Shown here one piece after another: positions 19,318 through 29,170 of a stretch of 63,419 nucleotides of DNA (within the stretch, counting starts at the first letter, position 1; the number at the start of each line of letters is the position of its first letter). The position numbers and the translations under genes are program-made. This DNA is from an uncultured bacterium (GTDB lineage: Bacteria; Bacillota; Clostridia; Christensenellales; UBA1242), in contig CASLXJ010000001.1 of assembly GCA_949398915.1 (NCBI GenBank), positions 1 to 63,419 of the forward strand, in the 5' to 3' direction. The notes beneath the pieces were generated by a model that did no database searches, was not told the DNA's origin, and saw only the letters and a program-made list of their open reading frames with translations.

Positions 19318-19896
19318 TTAAATATCAGCATGGAAATAGTGTCTTTCAATTACAAGAGGTAATGGTGAGCCTGTAGTATTGATTTTATATTTAGTGCCCG
19401 TTCTCTTATAATAACCCTTGCATTTTTTGTTTAAGCAACAAAAACGCAAAACATTTAAATCTTTTTCCATATTATCACAGCCAATAATGCCCTTTACAAT
19501 AGCCACAGTAATTCTCACGCCTGTTGACATAACAGTGTCAAGATAAAGAGAATCTTCCTTGCACTCAGGGCATCTTACAACTTTTGCAAGTGGTCCAGGA
19601 ATTGGCAAGAGATTAAGCGCTTTGGCTTGAGTATCCATCTGCTTTCTGCTAGGCTTTTTGCCTTTTCCAGAAATCTTAGCTGCAATGTCACCCTTATCGT
19701 CGCCATCATCGTCTTTCTTCTTTTTCTTCTTCTCTTCCCCTTCATCCTCTCCTTCGTCGCCCTCTTCATCATCTTGCTCTTGAGGATCTTCATCTACTCC
19801 ATAAGGGTCTTCGTTATCGTCACCAAATGGGTCGTCATTATCTAAATCATCATCTTCATCTTCGTCTTCTTCATCGTCCCATGGATTAAAACTCAC
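19318..19896 (-). CDS. Hypothetical protein: extremely acidic disordered N-half + Cys-rich C-terminal domain
   Basis: The GTG at 19896 is preceded by AAGGAGG with 6-nt spacing, which I prefer over the ORF-track TTG at 19950. N-half is D/E-rich with a K-run. C-half has CPEC ... CCLNKKC. Confidence 0.5.
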   Translation of the reverse strand: MSFNPWDDEEDEDEDDDLDNDDPFGDDNEDPYGVDEDPQEQDDEEGDEGEDEGEEKKKKKKDDDGDDKGDIAAKISGKGKKPSRKQMDTQAKALNLLPIPGPLAKVVRCPECKEDSLYLDTVMSTGVRITVAIVKGIIGCDNMEKDLNVLRFCCLNKKCKGYYKRTGTKYKINTTGSPLPLVIERHYFHADI

Positions 19897-20020
19897 AACG
19901 CGCCTCCTTTTAACCTGCCACATCTCCTTCAACAACTTAAAAGAAGGCAAGGTTTTATTTATCTTAACAATATTTTAAACTATGCAAGCACTTTCAGTCA
20001 AGCAAAATTTTGCTATGATT

Positions 20021-20596
20021 TTAATATCCTGTCCTAAGCTCGCTTATCACAACATTATCTTTGTTTATTCCAAGCTTGCAATCATACACCGAAAACTCAA
20101 TGATGACATTGTAAAGCTCATTATCAGAAATATATCTCATAATCTTCGAAATGCCAGGAATTTTCCAAAGTTTATCATCTTCAATAGATGTGTGAATGTT
20201 AAACTCTGGCTTCTCATAAATGTTTCGATGAGTGGCCTCAATGTCACTTCTCGCTGTAAGGTCAACAGTCTGCGAGCCGAAATCGTTGTGTACAATTATG
20301 TCACCCACAAGCACAATATCTTCTTTAAATTCATTGTAAGAAACACTTATCGTCACCTCATCTTCAAAGCGGTCAAGCTTCTCTTTTGCCTCGTCAATAT
20401 TGGTCACAAAATAAAACTCGCCCTTTGCCTTATTTGCACTTCTAAGCACATATTCCTTTGCAGGATAACTCTTCATAAAATTCTCAATTCCAGCCACATC
20501 AAAAGTCTCAAATACATCAAGTGGAAAATAGTTGAGCCTAAGCTCTTTCATTTTGATTATGCTGTCTTTTTTATCCTTAATCTTAATCATTTTCAC
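20021..20596 (-). CDS. Hypothetical protein
   Basis: 191-aa ORF with coding-like composition and no recognisable motifs. The antisense ORF 19982-20602 is judged spurious. Confidence 0.45.
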   Translation of the reverse strand: MKMIKIKDKKDSIIKMKELRLNYFPLDVFETFDVAGIENFMKSYPAKEYVLRSANKAKGEFYFVTNIDEAKEKLDRFEDEVTISVSYNEFKEDIVLVGDIIVHNDFGSQTVDLTARSDIEATHRNIYEKPEFNIHTSIEDDKLWKIPGISKIMRYISDNELYNVIIEFSVYDCKLGINKDNVVISELRTGY

Positions 20597-20760
20597 CTCT
20601 AAAAATATTTTATCACATAAATTATTATTTACAAAACAAAAAACAATATTAAATTTTGTTTAATCTTCATTAAAAACCATAATAATAAGCATTTTCGTAT
20701 GCCTTAAAAATAAATATGATTTCAAACAAAATTCATTAAATCATTCTTGTCTGTTAAGGC

Positions 20761-21468
20761 ATGTATATTTTTAAACATTTGCCTCAAAATAATTATATGA
20801 AAATATTACCAATTGTTCTTGCATGTGCCTCACTCGCCGCACCCGTTTGCGACTATAAGGTGGGCAATTTGATTGAAAGCAATAAGTTTAACAATGTCAG
20901 CATTTGCAGTGAAGGCAAACTTTTTCGTGAAAATATTGAAATAAGAGTGTCAAATGGAAGCGAAGAGATTGTTGTTGAGCCTTCTGTAAATATTGGTTAC
21001 AGCCCCAACCTCTTTGTCGCAAACTTTCTGAATAACGGTTTAGAACAGGTGCTTTACAGCGTAGAAAGCGGCGGTAGCGGCGGCTATAGCTTTTATCAAA
21101 TGTTTTCATTTGCTGATGAAAAGGCGACAAGCGTATTCAACAGCGAAGATTTCAAACCAAACATTACAGCTTCATATAAAGAAGAAAACCTGATTGAGAT
21201 TGACTATCAAGGCAAGAAATTATACCTTGACAGCTCAAACTCAGGCTGCCAAAACCATGACGATTGCAATCTATATATAAGTGATGTGAATACAATCTTG
21301 CCATTTTATAATATAGCCCTCGACCGCTATTATCTTCAAGTGCTTCAGCGAATTTATGGAGGTTATGAAGCAAACAACTTTGGTTATATCAGCTCACTGC
21401 TTGAAATCAATGAAGACGGCTTTACAACAATAAGCATCGGCACCCTATCAAACTTTCATATTAAATAA
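20761..21468 (+). CDS. Hypothetical secreted protein
   Basis: Signal-peptide-like MKILPIVLACASLAAPVC begins at the internal ATG 20797, which may be the real start. No family recognised. Confidence 0.45.
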   Translation: MYIFKHLPQNNYMKILPIVLACASLAAPVCDYKVGNLIESNKFNNVSICSEGKLFRENIEIRVSNGSEEIVVEPSVNIGYSPNLFVANFLNNGLEQVLYSVESGGSGGYSFYQMFSFADEKATSVFNSEDFKPNITASYKEENLIEIDYQGKKLYLDSSNSGCQNHDDCNLYISDVNTILPFYNIALDRYYLQVLQRIYGGYEANNFGYISSLLEINEDGFTTISIGTLSNFHIK

Positions 21469-21627
21469 AAAACTAAAACCTAAACATAAAAAAAATAAGA
21501 AAAGTTAAAAATTAAAAAAACATTAAAATTAGTTAAAATCAAAACATAGACAACCTTAATTAAATAATTTAAAAAGAAAACCATAAAATCCACAACTAAA
21601 TATGTATCATAACCAACAAAACCAAAT

Positions 21628-21662
21628 CAAAAAAACTCTTCTTAAACTAGAAGAGTTTTTTG
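21628..21662. terminator. Bidirectional rho-independent terminator
   Basis: Stem actcttct (21635-21642) / agaagagt (21649-21656), flanked by an A-run and a T-run. Lies 16 nt downstream of the stop of 21678-24863. Confidence 0.65.
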
Positions 21663-21677
21663 GTGAATATTTTCTCG

Positions 21678-24600
21678 TTATGCTGTATAGTCAAGTTTTT
21701 CAAGTTTCTCCATTGTTAAATTTCCTCCGTTGCTGCTTATCCATGAAAAGCCTTTTGGCAATGGTTGATTGTTTACTGCAATTGTCCAGTTTGCAAATGG
21801 GTTTGTTTCGCTATTGTTTGTAACATATTTCTTTACAGAGTTGTTGCTATCCTTGTTTTGTATATACAAACTACTCTTGATTGTTCCGCTTCCTTTTGTA
21901 AAGGCATAGTTTGTTGTTGAGTTTGCAAAGCAGTCGATTACGCTTCCGCCGTTTAAGTTGCCTGTAAGAAGACCTGTATTACTTCCACCTGTTACGCTTC
22001 CGATAAAGCCGCAAGATTGCAAGGTTATTCCGCTTGTTGTTGTTTGACCGAGTATTCCGCCGCAGTTTGCGTCTGAAGCAGTTGCAGTCACACTGCCCTT
22101 CATATAGCAGTTTTCAAGGCGAGTGCCGTTGTCACCATTACAACCCAATATTCCGCCTACATAGTCATTTCCGCTTACGCTTCCGTAGTTATAGCTTGAC
22201 AAGATTGAGGTGCTTACTCCGTAGCCTATCATACCTACATAGTTATGGCCTGTGACCGTTGCTCCGCTTCGGCAGTTTTCTACGCTTCCATTGTTGAGGT
22301 TGCCGACTATCGAGCCAACATAATCATAGCCTTGAATAGTGCCAGATATGATATTCACATTCTTTATCGTTGCATTTCTTGTATAGCCAAACAGGCCTAC
22401 ATTTGAATAATTCAATTGGCCATTGGCTATTGTTGTGATATTTGTTATCAAGTATCCATTTCCGTCATAGCTCCCTTGGAATGCTGTTGTTGCATTTCCT
22501 ATTGGCAGCCAGGTCTTTCCTTCTAGGTCTATGTTTGTGGTCTGCTTGAAATATTTTCCATCAAAGGTGACATTTTTACTTGTCTGCAATGCTAAGAAGG
22601 CAATATCCAGCTCGCTATCGATAATATATGGGTCGCCAACTGTTCCGCTTCCGCCTAGTCCGCTTAAGTCTATACCCGTTGCGTCTGCTGCCCATGTCCT
22701 TTCCCAGTGTGCATAGATTCTAGTATTTCCTGCGCCCATTGTAGTTGTGCTGTACACGCTTGAGCCTCCGCTTGCTGCTGTATACCAACCTAAGAAGATA
22801 TATCCTTCTTTTGCTGGTGTTGGTAGAGTGCCATAACTTGTATTGTAAATTACGCTTCTTGTCCTTGTTGTACCACTTCCATTCCAGTCACTTGGCACAC
22901 TTGTGAATGTTGCTCCTGTCATGTTCGCATCTGCTGTAAGCGTATAGCTGTTGACTGTCCAGTGTGCATAGATTGTTCTGTTTCCTGTTGTTGTCACTCC
23001 TGTTGTTGCACTCACAGCTTCTCCACTACTTGCCGCTGTATACCAGCCTGCAAAGGTATGACCTGTTCGGGTTGGAGTTGGAAGAGTGCCGTATGTAGAA
23101 TCAAATGTTATCGTTTTAGTTGCACTTGCTCCGCTTCCACTCCAACCACTTGTTGTTGGAATGCTTCCACCGTTTGCATTCGCTGTCAGTGTATATGTTT
23201 TTGCCTGCCATACTGCAAACAGATTTACTTCTCCTCCGTTCGAGCTTAGATTGCTTACACTCTGACCGTTTGAATAGACCACTCCTCCATTTTTACTTGT
23301 TGCCCAGCCTTTAAAGTCATAACCATTCCGACTGAAACCTAAAGCACTTATCGTCCTAAGCGCAGTAGACGAGCCATATTTGAAACCTGTATGGGATGCG
23401 GCTGATGCACCCGAATAGCCTGGATTATATACAACCGTATATGGCTTGCCATCCCAGTGCGCATAAAGGGTATGGTTGTTTGCATTCTTTAAAATTGTGT
23501 TGCTTTCAACTTTGCTTCCGCCGCTCGACGCTGTATACCATCCTGTGAAATTATATCCCGTTCTTGTAGGATTTGGAAGCGTGCCATAGTTGCTATCAAA
23601 ATTTAATGACTTTTGCGCAGAAGAGCCGCTTCCAGTCCAATTGCTTGATGATGGAATGCTTCCCCCATTAGCATTAAATGTCACTGTATATTGATTTGGC
23701 AACCAGTGCGCATACAAAGTAGCGTTTTCCAAATCATGCGACTTTAACCCTTTGCCATTCGCATCAATATATTGCGTACCACCAGAAGCAGAATCAAAAT
23801 AACCCAAGAAAGAATAACCAGCTCGTGTAGGCGTAGAAACATTAGGTATACTATACCCCCACTCAATAGTGGTCGTTGCAAAATCTTGAGTATTGTCATT
23901 CCTCATCAGTTTGATTGTCTCTGTATTTGCTATCCATCTTGCAGAGATACTTAACATATCTGGATCTGTAAAAAGAACACTATTTGATATATCAAGAGAT
24001 TTTGAATTTGGACCATATCGATAAGCATTCCATTTTTCAAAAGTATAATGATTTTTTCTAGGTGTACCAGATGGTACAGAATAATAATCACCAAATCTTA
24101 TATTTATTGATTTGACTCCAGTTGTTCCATCTCCAAAATACTCCCCACTATACAACGAATATTCAGCATAAAATCTTTTAGGTGCACAAACAACTGCTAA
24201 ATATTTTGTAGTTGTCTTACTTGAGAAAATTGTAGGGTCAACGCTTAATGAAAATTCATCATAAAGATATTGATTAAAAGTTATATTATGATTTTGAGAA
24301 GAATTTTCATAACTGAATGGAGAATCACTTAATATGTAATTTGAAACTCCAAACCCCTTGCTATAAAGGTTTACATCAATATCAAGAGTGCGCTTTGAAG
24401 ATCCATTCCAAACATATTGCAAATAAACCTCTTGATCATCAGCATAGGTTATTGGCTTTTGACCTCTTTCATTTACTATTGCGTCAATTGCAGTCGTTCC
24501 ACTGGTATCAAAGCCTGTCAATGTAAGATAACCAATAAAATAATCCCAACCATTGTTATTTGGTATACTTGATATCGGAATACCTCTAGAATTTTGATAT

Positions 24601-24863
24601 GTTCCTGTTCTTAAAGTATAATTTCCATTAAGTTTTGGCACTCCAACATTGCCATACGGATATCCCATATCTTCATAGGTATAGGTGTTGGTCAATGGGT
24701 TGTTATACCAATAAATCTTTGGTATAACTTTTATAGTGCCTGTCACGCCCTCAGTTTTTTGTTCTGGCTGTTTGAATGTCGTTGTAAGCAAAATTCCAGA
24801 AAGCAAAACTGTCAGAATTACGATAAAAGAGAAAATAAACTTGTTGATTTTCAAATTTTTCAT
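21678..24863 (-). CDS. Large surface protein, paralog 1 of 4 (N-terminal signal/anchor, 4-5 Flg_new Listeria-Bacteroides repeats, GLUG-like repeats, conserved C-terminal tail)
   Basis: Strong RBS AAGGAGGG. Repeated units of the form YTVTFNANGGS...PTRTGYNFTGWYT...LYAHW. The C-terminal third has GxxVGGIxG GLUG-like repeats. The tail NQPLPKGFSWIS is shared with the other paralogs. Confidence 0.8.
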   Translation of the reverse strand: MKNLKINKFIFSFIVILTVLLSGILLTTTFKQPEQKTEGVTGTIKVIPKIYWYNNPLTNTYTYEDMGYPYGNVGVPKLNGNYTLRTGTYQNSRGIPISSIPNNNGWDYFIGYLTLTGFDTSGTTAIDAIVNERGQKPITYADDQEVYLQYVWNGSSKRTLDIDVNLYSKGFGVSNYILSDSPFSYENSSQNHNITFNQYLYDEFSLSVDPTIFSSKTTTKYLAVVCAPKRFYAEYSLYSGEYFGDGTTGVKSINIRFGDYYSVPSGTPRKNHYTFEKWNAYRYGPNSKSLDISNSVLFTDPDMLSISARWIANTETIKLMRNDNTQDFATTTIEWGYSIPNVSTPTRAGYSFLGYFDSASGGTQYIDANGKGLKSHDLENATLYAHWLPNQYTVTFNANGGSIPSSSNWTGSGSSAQKSLNFDSNYGTLPNPTRTGYNFTGWYTASSGGSKVESNTILKNANNHTLYAHWDGKPYTVVYNPGYSGASAASHTGFKYGSSTALRTISALGFSRNGYDFKGWATSKNGGVVYSNGQSVSNLSSNGGEVNLFAVWQAKTYTLTANANGGSIPTTSGWSGSGASATKTITFDSTYGTLPTPTRTGHTFAGWYTAASSGEAVSATTGVTTTGNRTIYAHWTVNSYTLTADANMTGATFTSVPSDWNGSGTTRTRSVIYNTSYGTLPTPAKEGYIFLGWYTAASGGSSVYSTTTMGAGNTRIYAHWERTWAADATGIDLSGLGGSGTVGDPYIIDSELDIAFLALQTSKNVTFDGKYFKQTTNIDLEGKTWLPIGNATTAFQGSYDGNGYLITNITTIANGQLNYSNVGLFGYTRNATIKNVNIISGTIQGYDYVGSIVGNLNNGSVENCRSGATVTGHNYVGMIGYGVSTSILSSYNYGSVSGNDYVGGILGCNGDNGTRLENCYMKGSVTATASDANCGGILGQTTTSGITLQSCGFIGSVTGGSNTGLLTGNLNGGSVIDCFANSTTNYAFTKGSGTIKSSLYIQNKDSNNSVKKYVTNNSETNPFANWTIAVNNQPLPKGFSWISSNGGNLTMEKLEKLDYTA

Positions 24864-24933
24864 ATATTCCCTCCTTTTCGTTTTGCGAGTAAGAATATTT
24901 TCGTTATATAATTATTATATTATTTATACTTCA

Positions 24934-24961
24934 ATTTTACCCCCCCCCGAATAATTGTCAA
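24934..24961 (-). promoter_or_regulatory. Sigma-70-type promoter with a G9 homopolymer in the spacer (TTGACA-N16-TAAAAT)
   Basis: Minus-strand reading: TTGACA (24956-24961), spacer attattc + G9 (C-run 24940-24948 on +), then TAAAAT (24934-24939). About 70 nt upstream of the ATG at 24863. Confidence 0.6.
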
Positions 24962-25043
24962 CTTAATTTGCAATATTTTACAAAAATTTAAAAAAATATT
25001 TCTCAAACTAAAAAACAGGCGGAGCGGTTGCATTTTTACAAGC

Positions 25044-25072
25044 AAAAAAGACTGCATTTAAGCAGTCTTTTT
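25044..25072 (-). terminator. Rho-independent (bidirectional) terminator after the U32 peptidase gene
   Basis: Stem agactgc (25049-25055) / gcagtct (25062-25068), flanked by an A-run and a T-run. Confidence 0.6.
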
Positions 25073-26266
25073 TTATTCCTCTTTGCTTTTGTCAGAGCGT
25101 AATATATCACCTTTTTTTAAATTGTAAGGACAATTGATTTGAACAATTTCTTGAACGCGTTTTGCGTCGTCAATAATTTCACCTTTCTCATTTATAATCT
25201 TTGAAATTTTGATAGTCTTTAAGAAATTATCATCAGGGCTTAGCACTTGAAGCTCATCCCCCACTTTAAAACGGTTTCGCATTTCCACTTTGACAATCCC
25301 GTCTTTTGCATCCTCAACCACCTTTGCAATAAACACCGCAGTTTGAACAGGCATTGAGTCTTTTAAGTATTCCTTATCATCAGCACCGAAATAAAAACCT
25401 GTTGTATATCTTCTATGGCTTGTCTTTTCAAGCTCTTCATGCAATACATCAAAATCATCAAAGCCGTCCAAGGCCCTACGATAAGCATTGACAACACTTG
25501 CAACATAATAGTCACTTTTCATTCTGCCTTCAATTTTCAAACTTGCAATGCCAGCAGCTTTGAGTTTGTCTATGTGGTCAATAAGACACATATCTTTTGA
25601 GTTTAAAATATAAGTACCGCGTTCATCTTCCTCAACCTCATATTCATCCTCACGATTTTCTTCTCTTATAAAATATTTCCATCTGCATGCTTGAACACAG
25701 GCTCCACGATTGCTATCACGGCCAGTAAGATAATTTGAAAGCAAGCAGCGCCCAGAATAAGAAATGCACATAGCCCCATGGACAAAGGTCTCAATTTCAA
25801 TATTTGGATTTTTCTCATGAATATTTTTGATTTCTTCCAAATTAAGCTCTCTTGCAAGCACTATTCTGACAACCCCCATATCAGCATAAAACTTAGCCGA
25901 TTGAGAATTGTTTACATTTGCCTGTGTGGAAACATGAACATTAAGCTTTGGAAAGTTTTTTCTTATATAATAAATCAAGCCAACATCAGATACAATCACG
26001 CCGTCAACCTCAGCCCTTTCCAAAAGTTTGAGATATTCATCAATGCCCTCAAAGTCCCCATCTTTTGCAACGATATTTAAAGTAATATATCCAACTTTGC
26101 CACGACTGTGAAGAAACTGCATTGCCTCAACAATTTCTTCTTCAGAAAAATTGCCAGCAAAAGCACGAAGTCCAAGTGACTTTCCGGCAAAATAAACTCC
26201 ATCTGCCCCAAAATGAACAGCGGTCTTAAGTTTCTCAAAATTTCCTGCAGGTGCAAGAAGCTCCAT
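25073..26266 (-). CDS. Peptidase U32 family protein
   Basis: MELLAPAGN start with RBS GGAGG (the ORF-track TTG at 26278 lies inside the RBS). Typical U32 sequence, including the Cys-rich CISYSGRCLLSNY segment. Confidence 0.85.
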   Translation of the reverse strand: MELLAPAGNFEKLKTAVHFGADGVYFAGKSLGLRAFAGNFSEEEIVEAMQFLHSRGKVGYITLNIVAKDGDFEGIDEYLKLLERAEVDGVIVSDVGLIYYIRKNFPKLNVHVSTQANVNNSQSAKFYADMGVVRIVLARELNLEEIKNIHEKNPNIEIETFVHGAMCISYSGRCLLSNYLTGRDSNRGACVQACRWKYFIREENREDEYEVEEDERGTYILNSKDMCLIDHIDKLKAAGIASLKIEGRMKSDYYVASVVNAYRRALDGFDDFDVLHEELEKTSHRRYTTGFYFGADDKEYLKDSMPVQTAVFIAKVVEDAKDGIVKVEMRNRFKVGDELQVLSPDDNFLKTIKISKIINEKGEIIDDAKRVQEIVQINCPYNLKKGDILRSDKSKEE

Positions 26267-26587
26267 AATTTCCTCCAATAATCACAATTTGATAGTCTCT
26301 ATTTTTCTATTCGATAGTATCTATTTTTCTAATAAATGGTCTCTATTTGATATTTTCTATTTTTTCGAAAGTTTCTTTTTTTAAATTTTTCTTGTTTTTT
26401 TTAGCTGATAAAACAATATTTTTAGTTTTTTTTAAACTTCTTTTTATTTTCAATTTCAACTATTCTTTGCTTTTTAATCTAAAAGCTTTTTATTTATTTT
26501 GTTTTTTCTGTCTGTAATCTTTGCCTCTAAAATGAAAAGTATTAAATAAAACTGAAAGTGAAAAAGAAAACAAAAATTTATTTTCTA

Positions 26588-27664
26588 TTAACTATTTTCC
26601 GAGCCTCTAAATTCAACATTTGGTTTAGCTGTCAAATTAAGCTGGGCAAGTCCCAACCCGTCTTTAAGCATATAATAAGCCATAGAGCCAATCATTGCGC
26701 CATTGTCAGTGCAATACTTAAGGGCAGGACTGAAAAATTCAATTTCATTATCTTGACATAAAGAAGCAAGTCTTTCCTTTAAGCGTGAGTTTGCACCAAC
26801 CCCGCCGGCCACAACAAGCTTGTTTAAATTGCTCTGTTTGCATGCCTTAACAGCTTTTTCAGCAAGCTCTTTTGTGACCGACTCTTGAAAAGAACATGCA
26901 AGGTCAGCATGATTTAATTCCTCACCTTTTTGAGCTTTGTTGTGCACAAGGTTTACCACCTCTGTCTTAATTCCACTAAAAGAAAAGTTGAAGGTATTTT
27001 TAAGACTGCTTGAAAGGTTAAACTTAAATTTAATTTCACCACTCTTTGCAAGTTTGTCAATCTCTGGTCCACCAGGATAAGGAAGCCCAATCACCCTTGC
27101 AACCTTATCAAAAGCTTCGCCAACTGCGTCATCAAGCGTAGTGCCAAGCATTGAGAATTTGTTGTAATCTTCCACCTTCAATAGTGCTGTATGACCACCG
27201 CTGACCATAAGACAAATAAAAGGTGGCTTAAGAGCATTGTGAGAGATATAGTTTGCCGCAATATGCCCATGCACATGGCTGACAGCAATAAGCGGAATAC
27301 CCAAGCTGTAGGCAAGCCCTTTTGCAAAGTTTACCCCCACTAAAAGTGCCCCCATAAGCCCTGCACCATAAGTGACTGCAATTGCATCAATATCTGAGTC
27401 TTTCACCCCAGCCTTGTCCAGCGCTTCTTGATATACACTTGATATTGCCATAATATGATTGCGTGAGGCAACTTCTGGAACAACCCCGCCAAATCTTCTG
27501 TGAATTTCAATTTGTGTGGCAATAATATTTGACAAAACTTCCCTTCCATTTTTGACCACAGCTATGCTCGTTTCATCACATGATGATTCAATGGAAAGAA
27601 TTAAAACATCCTCTTGATTTCTTAATTTTTCAAACTTTTCTTTTGCTTTAATTTGATAACTCAT
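26588..27664 (-). CDS. tsaD: tRNA N6-adenosine threonylcarbamoyltransferase
   Basis: ILSIESSCDETSIAVV, HVHGHIAAN and GGVGANS motifs. The ATG at 27664 is preferred; the upstream TTG extension is F/Y-rich junk. Confidence 0.88.
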   Translation of the reverse strand: MSYQIKAKEKFEKLRNQEDVLILSIESSCDETSIAVVKNGREVLSNIIATQIEIHRRFGGVVPEVASRNHIMAISSVYQEALDKAGVKDSDIDAIAVTYGAGLMGALLVGVNFAKGLAYSLGIPLIAVSHVHGHIAANYISHNALKPPFICLMVSGGHTALLKVEDYNKFSMLGTTLDDAVGEAFDKVARVIGLPYPGGPEIDKLAKSGEIKFKFNLSSSLKNTFNFSFSGIKTEVVNLVHNKAQKGEELNHADLACSFQESVTKELAEKAVKACKQSNLNKLVVAGGVGANSRLKERLASLCQDNEIEFFSPALKYCTDNGAMIGSMAYYMLKDGLGLAQLNLTAKPNVEFRGSENS

Positions 27665-27845
27665 GCAATTATTATACACCTTTTTAAAATAAAAAAAAAG
27701 AGAAATGAACAATTTAATAAAATTTGTTTCTTTTCTTTTTCAGCTTTTATTTTTATCAAAAAACAGAGATAATTTAAGAAAATATCACAAAAAACACTGT
27801 TTTTTATTATAAAATGCCGAATTTACGGCATTTTGCATTAAATTA

Positions 27846-28941
27846 TTAAATTTTCTTCAAATATTCATTGATAAACTCTTGAATTTGTCCGTCCATAACA
27901 GACTGCACATTGCTGTCTTCATAGCCAGTACGGTGGTCTTTAACCAGTGTATAAGGACAAAACACATAGCTTCGTATTTGACTTCCCCATTCAATCTTCT
28001 TCACCTCGCCACGAATGGCAGCAAGCTTTTCAAGCTCTTCCCGCTCTTCCTTTTCGGCAAGCTTTGAATAAAGCATTTGCATTGCCTTTTCACGATTTTG
28101 AAGCTGGGAACGTTCCACCTGACAAGAAACAACAATTCCGCTTGGAATATGTGTAATTCTGATTGCACTTTCTGTTTTGTTGACATTTTGACCGCCAGCA
28201 CCTGAAGAACGATAGGTATCAACTTTAAGGTCTTCTGAGCGTATTTCTATATTTGGACTTTCATCCATTTTAGGCATAACTTCCACACTTGCAAATGATG
28301 TATGCCTTCTTGCGTTTGAGTCAAAAGGCGAAATTCTCACCAATCTATGAACGCCCTTTTCTGCCTTTAAAAAGCCATAAGCATTGTCTCCGCTCACCTC
28401 AAAAGTAATTGATTTAAGGCCTGCCTCATCACCGTTTAATACATCCAGCACAAGCATTTTAAAGCCAGCTTTATCGCAATACATTTTATACATTCTATAA
28501 AGCATATCCGCCCAGTCTTGAGCTTCCGTTCCGCCCGCGCCAGCATGAATGGTGATAATTGCATCGCCGCTGTCATACTTACCTTTAAGCAGTGTTTGAA
28601 TTTTCGCCTTTTCGACCTCTTCTTCAAGCTTATGCAAACTGTCTTCAACCTCGCTCTCAAGCGTTTGGTCGTGACTTTCTTCAATAAGCTCTACATAGGC
28701 ATTGCAATCTTCATAAAGCATTTCAAGCATATTCATCAAATTAAGCTTTCCTTCAATATGCTTGATTTTTTTGCCCACTTCCAAAACTTTCGCTTGGTCA
28801 AGATAAAAACCTTCTTCCGCCTGCTGCTGTTGCAAAACATTCAGCTGACTTTTGATGTCACCCTTGTCAAAGACACTCCTTTATAAAATCAATTTCTTCG
28901 CGCATTTGCCCCATTCTTATCTTCACATTATCTAAAATCAT
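27846..28941 (-). CDS. prfB: Peptide chain release factor 2 (programmed +1 frameshift)
   Basis: Frame-0 segment ATG 28941 ... CTT TGA (24 codons), then a +1 shift into the long frame. SPF and GGQ motifs present (RISPFDS, SGAGGQNVNK). Confidence 0.9.
28866..28880 (-). promoter_or_regulatory. prfB +1 frameshift site (AAGGAG-TGT-CTT-TGA-C)
   Basis: Minus strand reads ATAAAGGAGTGTCTTTGAC. An internal SD-like AAGGAG lies 3 nt before the slippery CTT followed by an in-frame TGA. Confidence 0.85.
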
Positions 28942-29170
28942 AATCACTCCTAAAATTTGTGTTTAAAACTTGATTATATTAACAAAATATAAATAATAAG
29001 TCAAGCGGCAAAGCAAACAAACATAAATTTAGATAAAGCCTTAAAAAAAATCAAAATAGATAAGTTTATTTTGCCACCAGAAAAATTGCACAAAATGCAA
29101 CCACTTCAACATATATATGATTGTATGCACAAGATTTTTTTCTTATGCACTGTAAAATGAGGAGGTTTAA

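Noticed and set aside
27664-27690. Leaderless tsaD mRNA from a TGTATAAT box 6 nt upstream of the ATG
   Set aside because: The -10-like box is present, but there is no -35 and the TG is not correctly spaced for an extended -10. This cannot be supported without transcript mapping.
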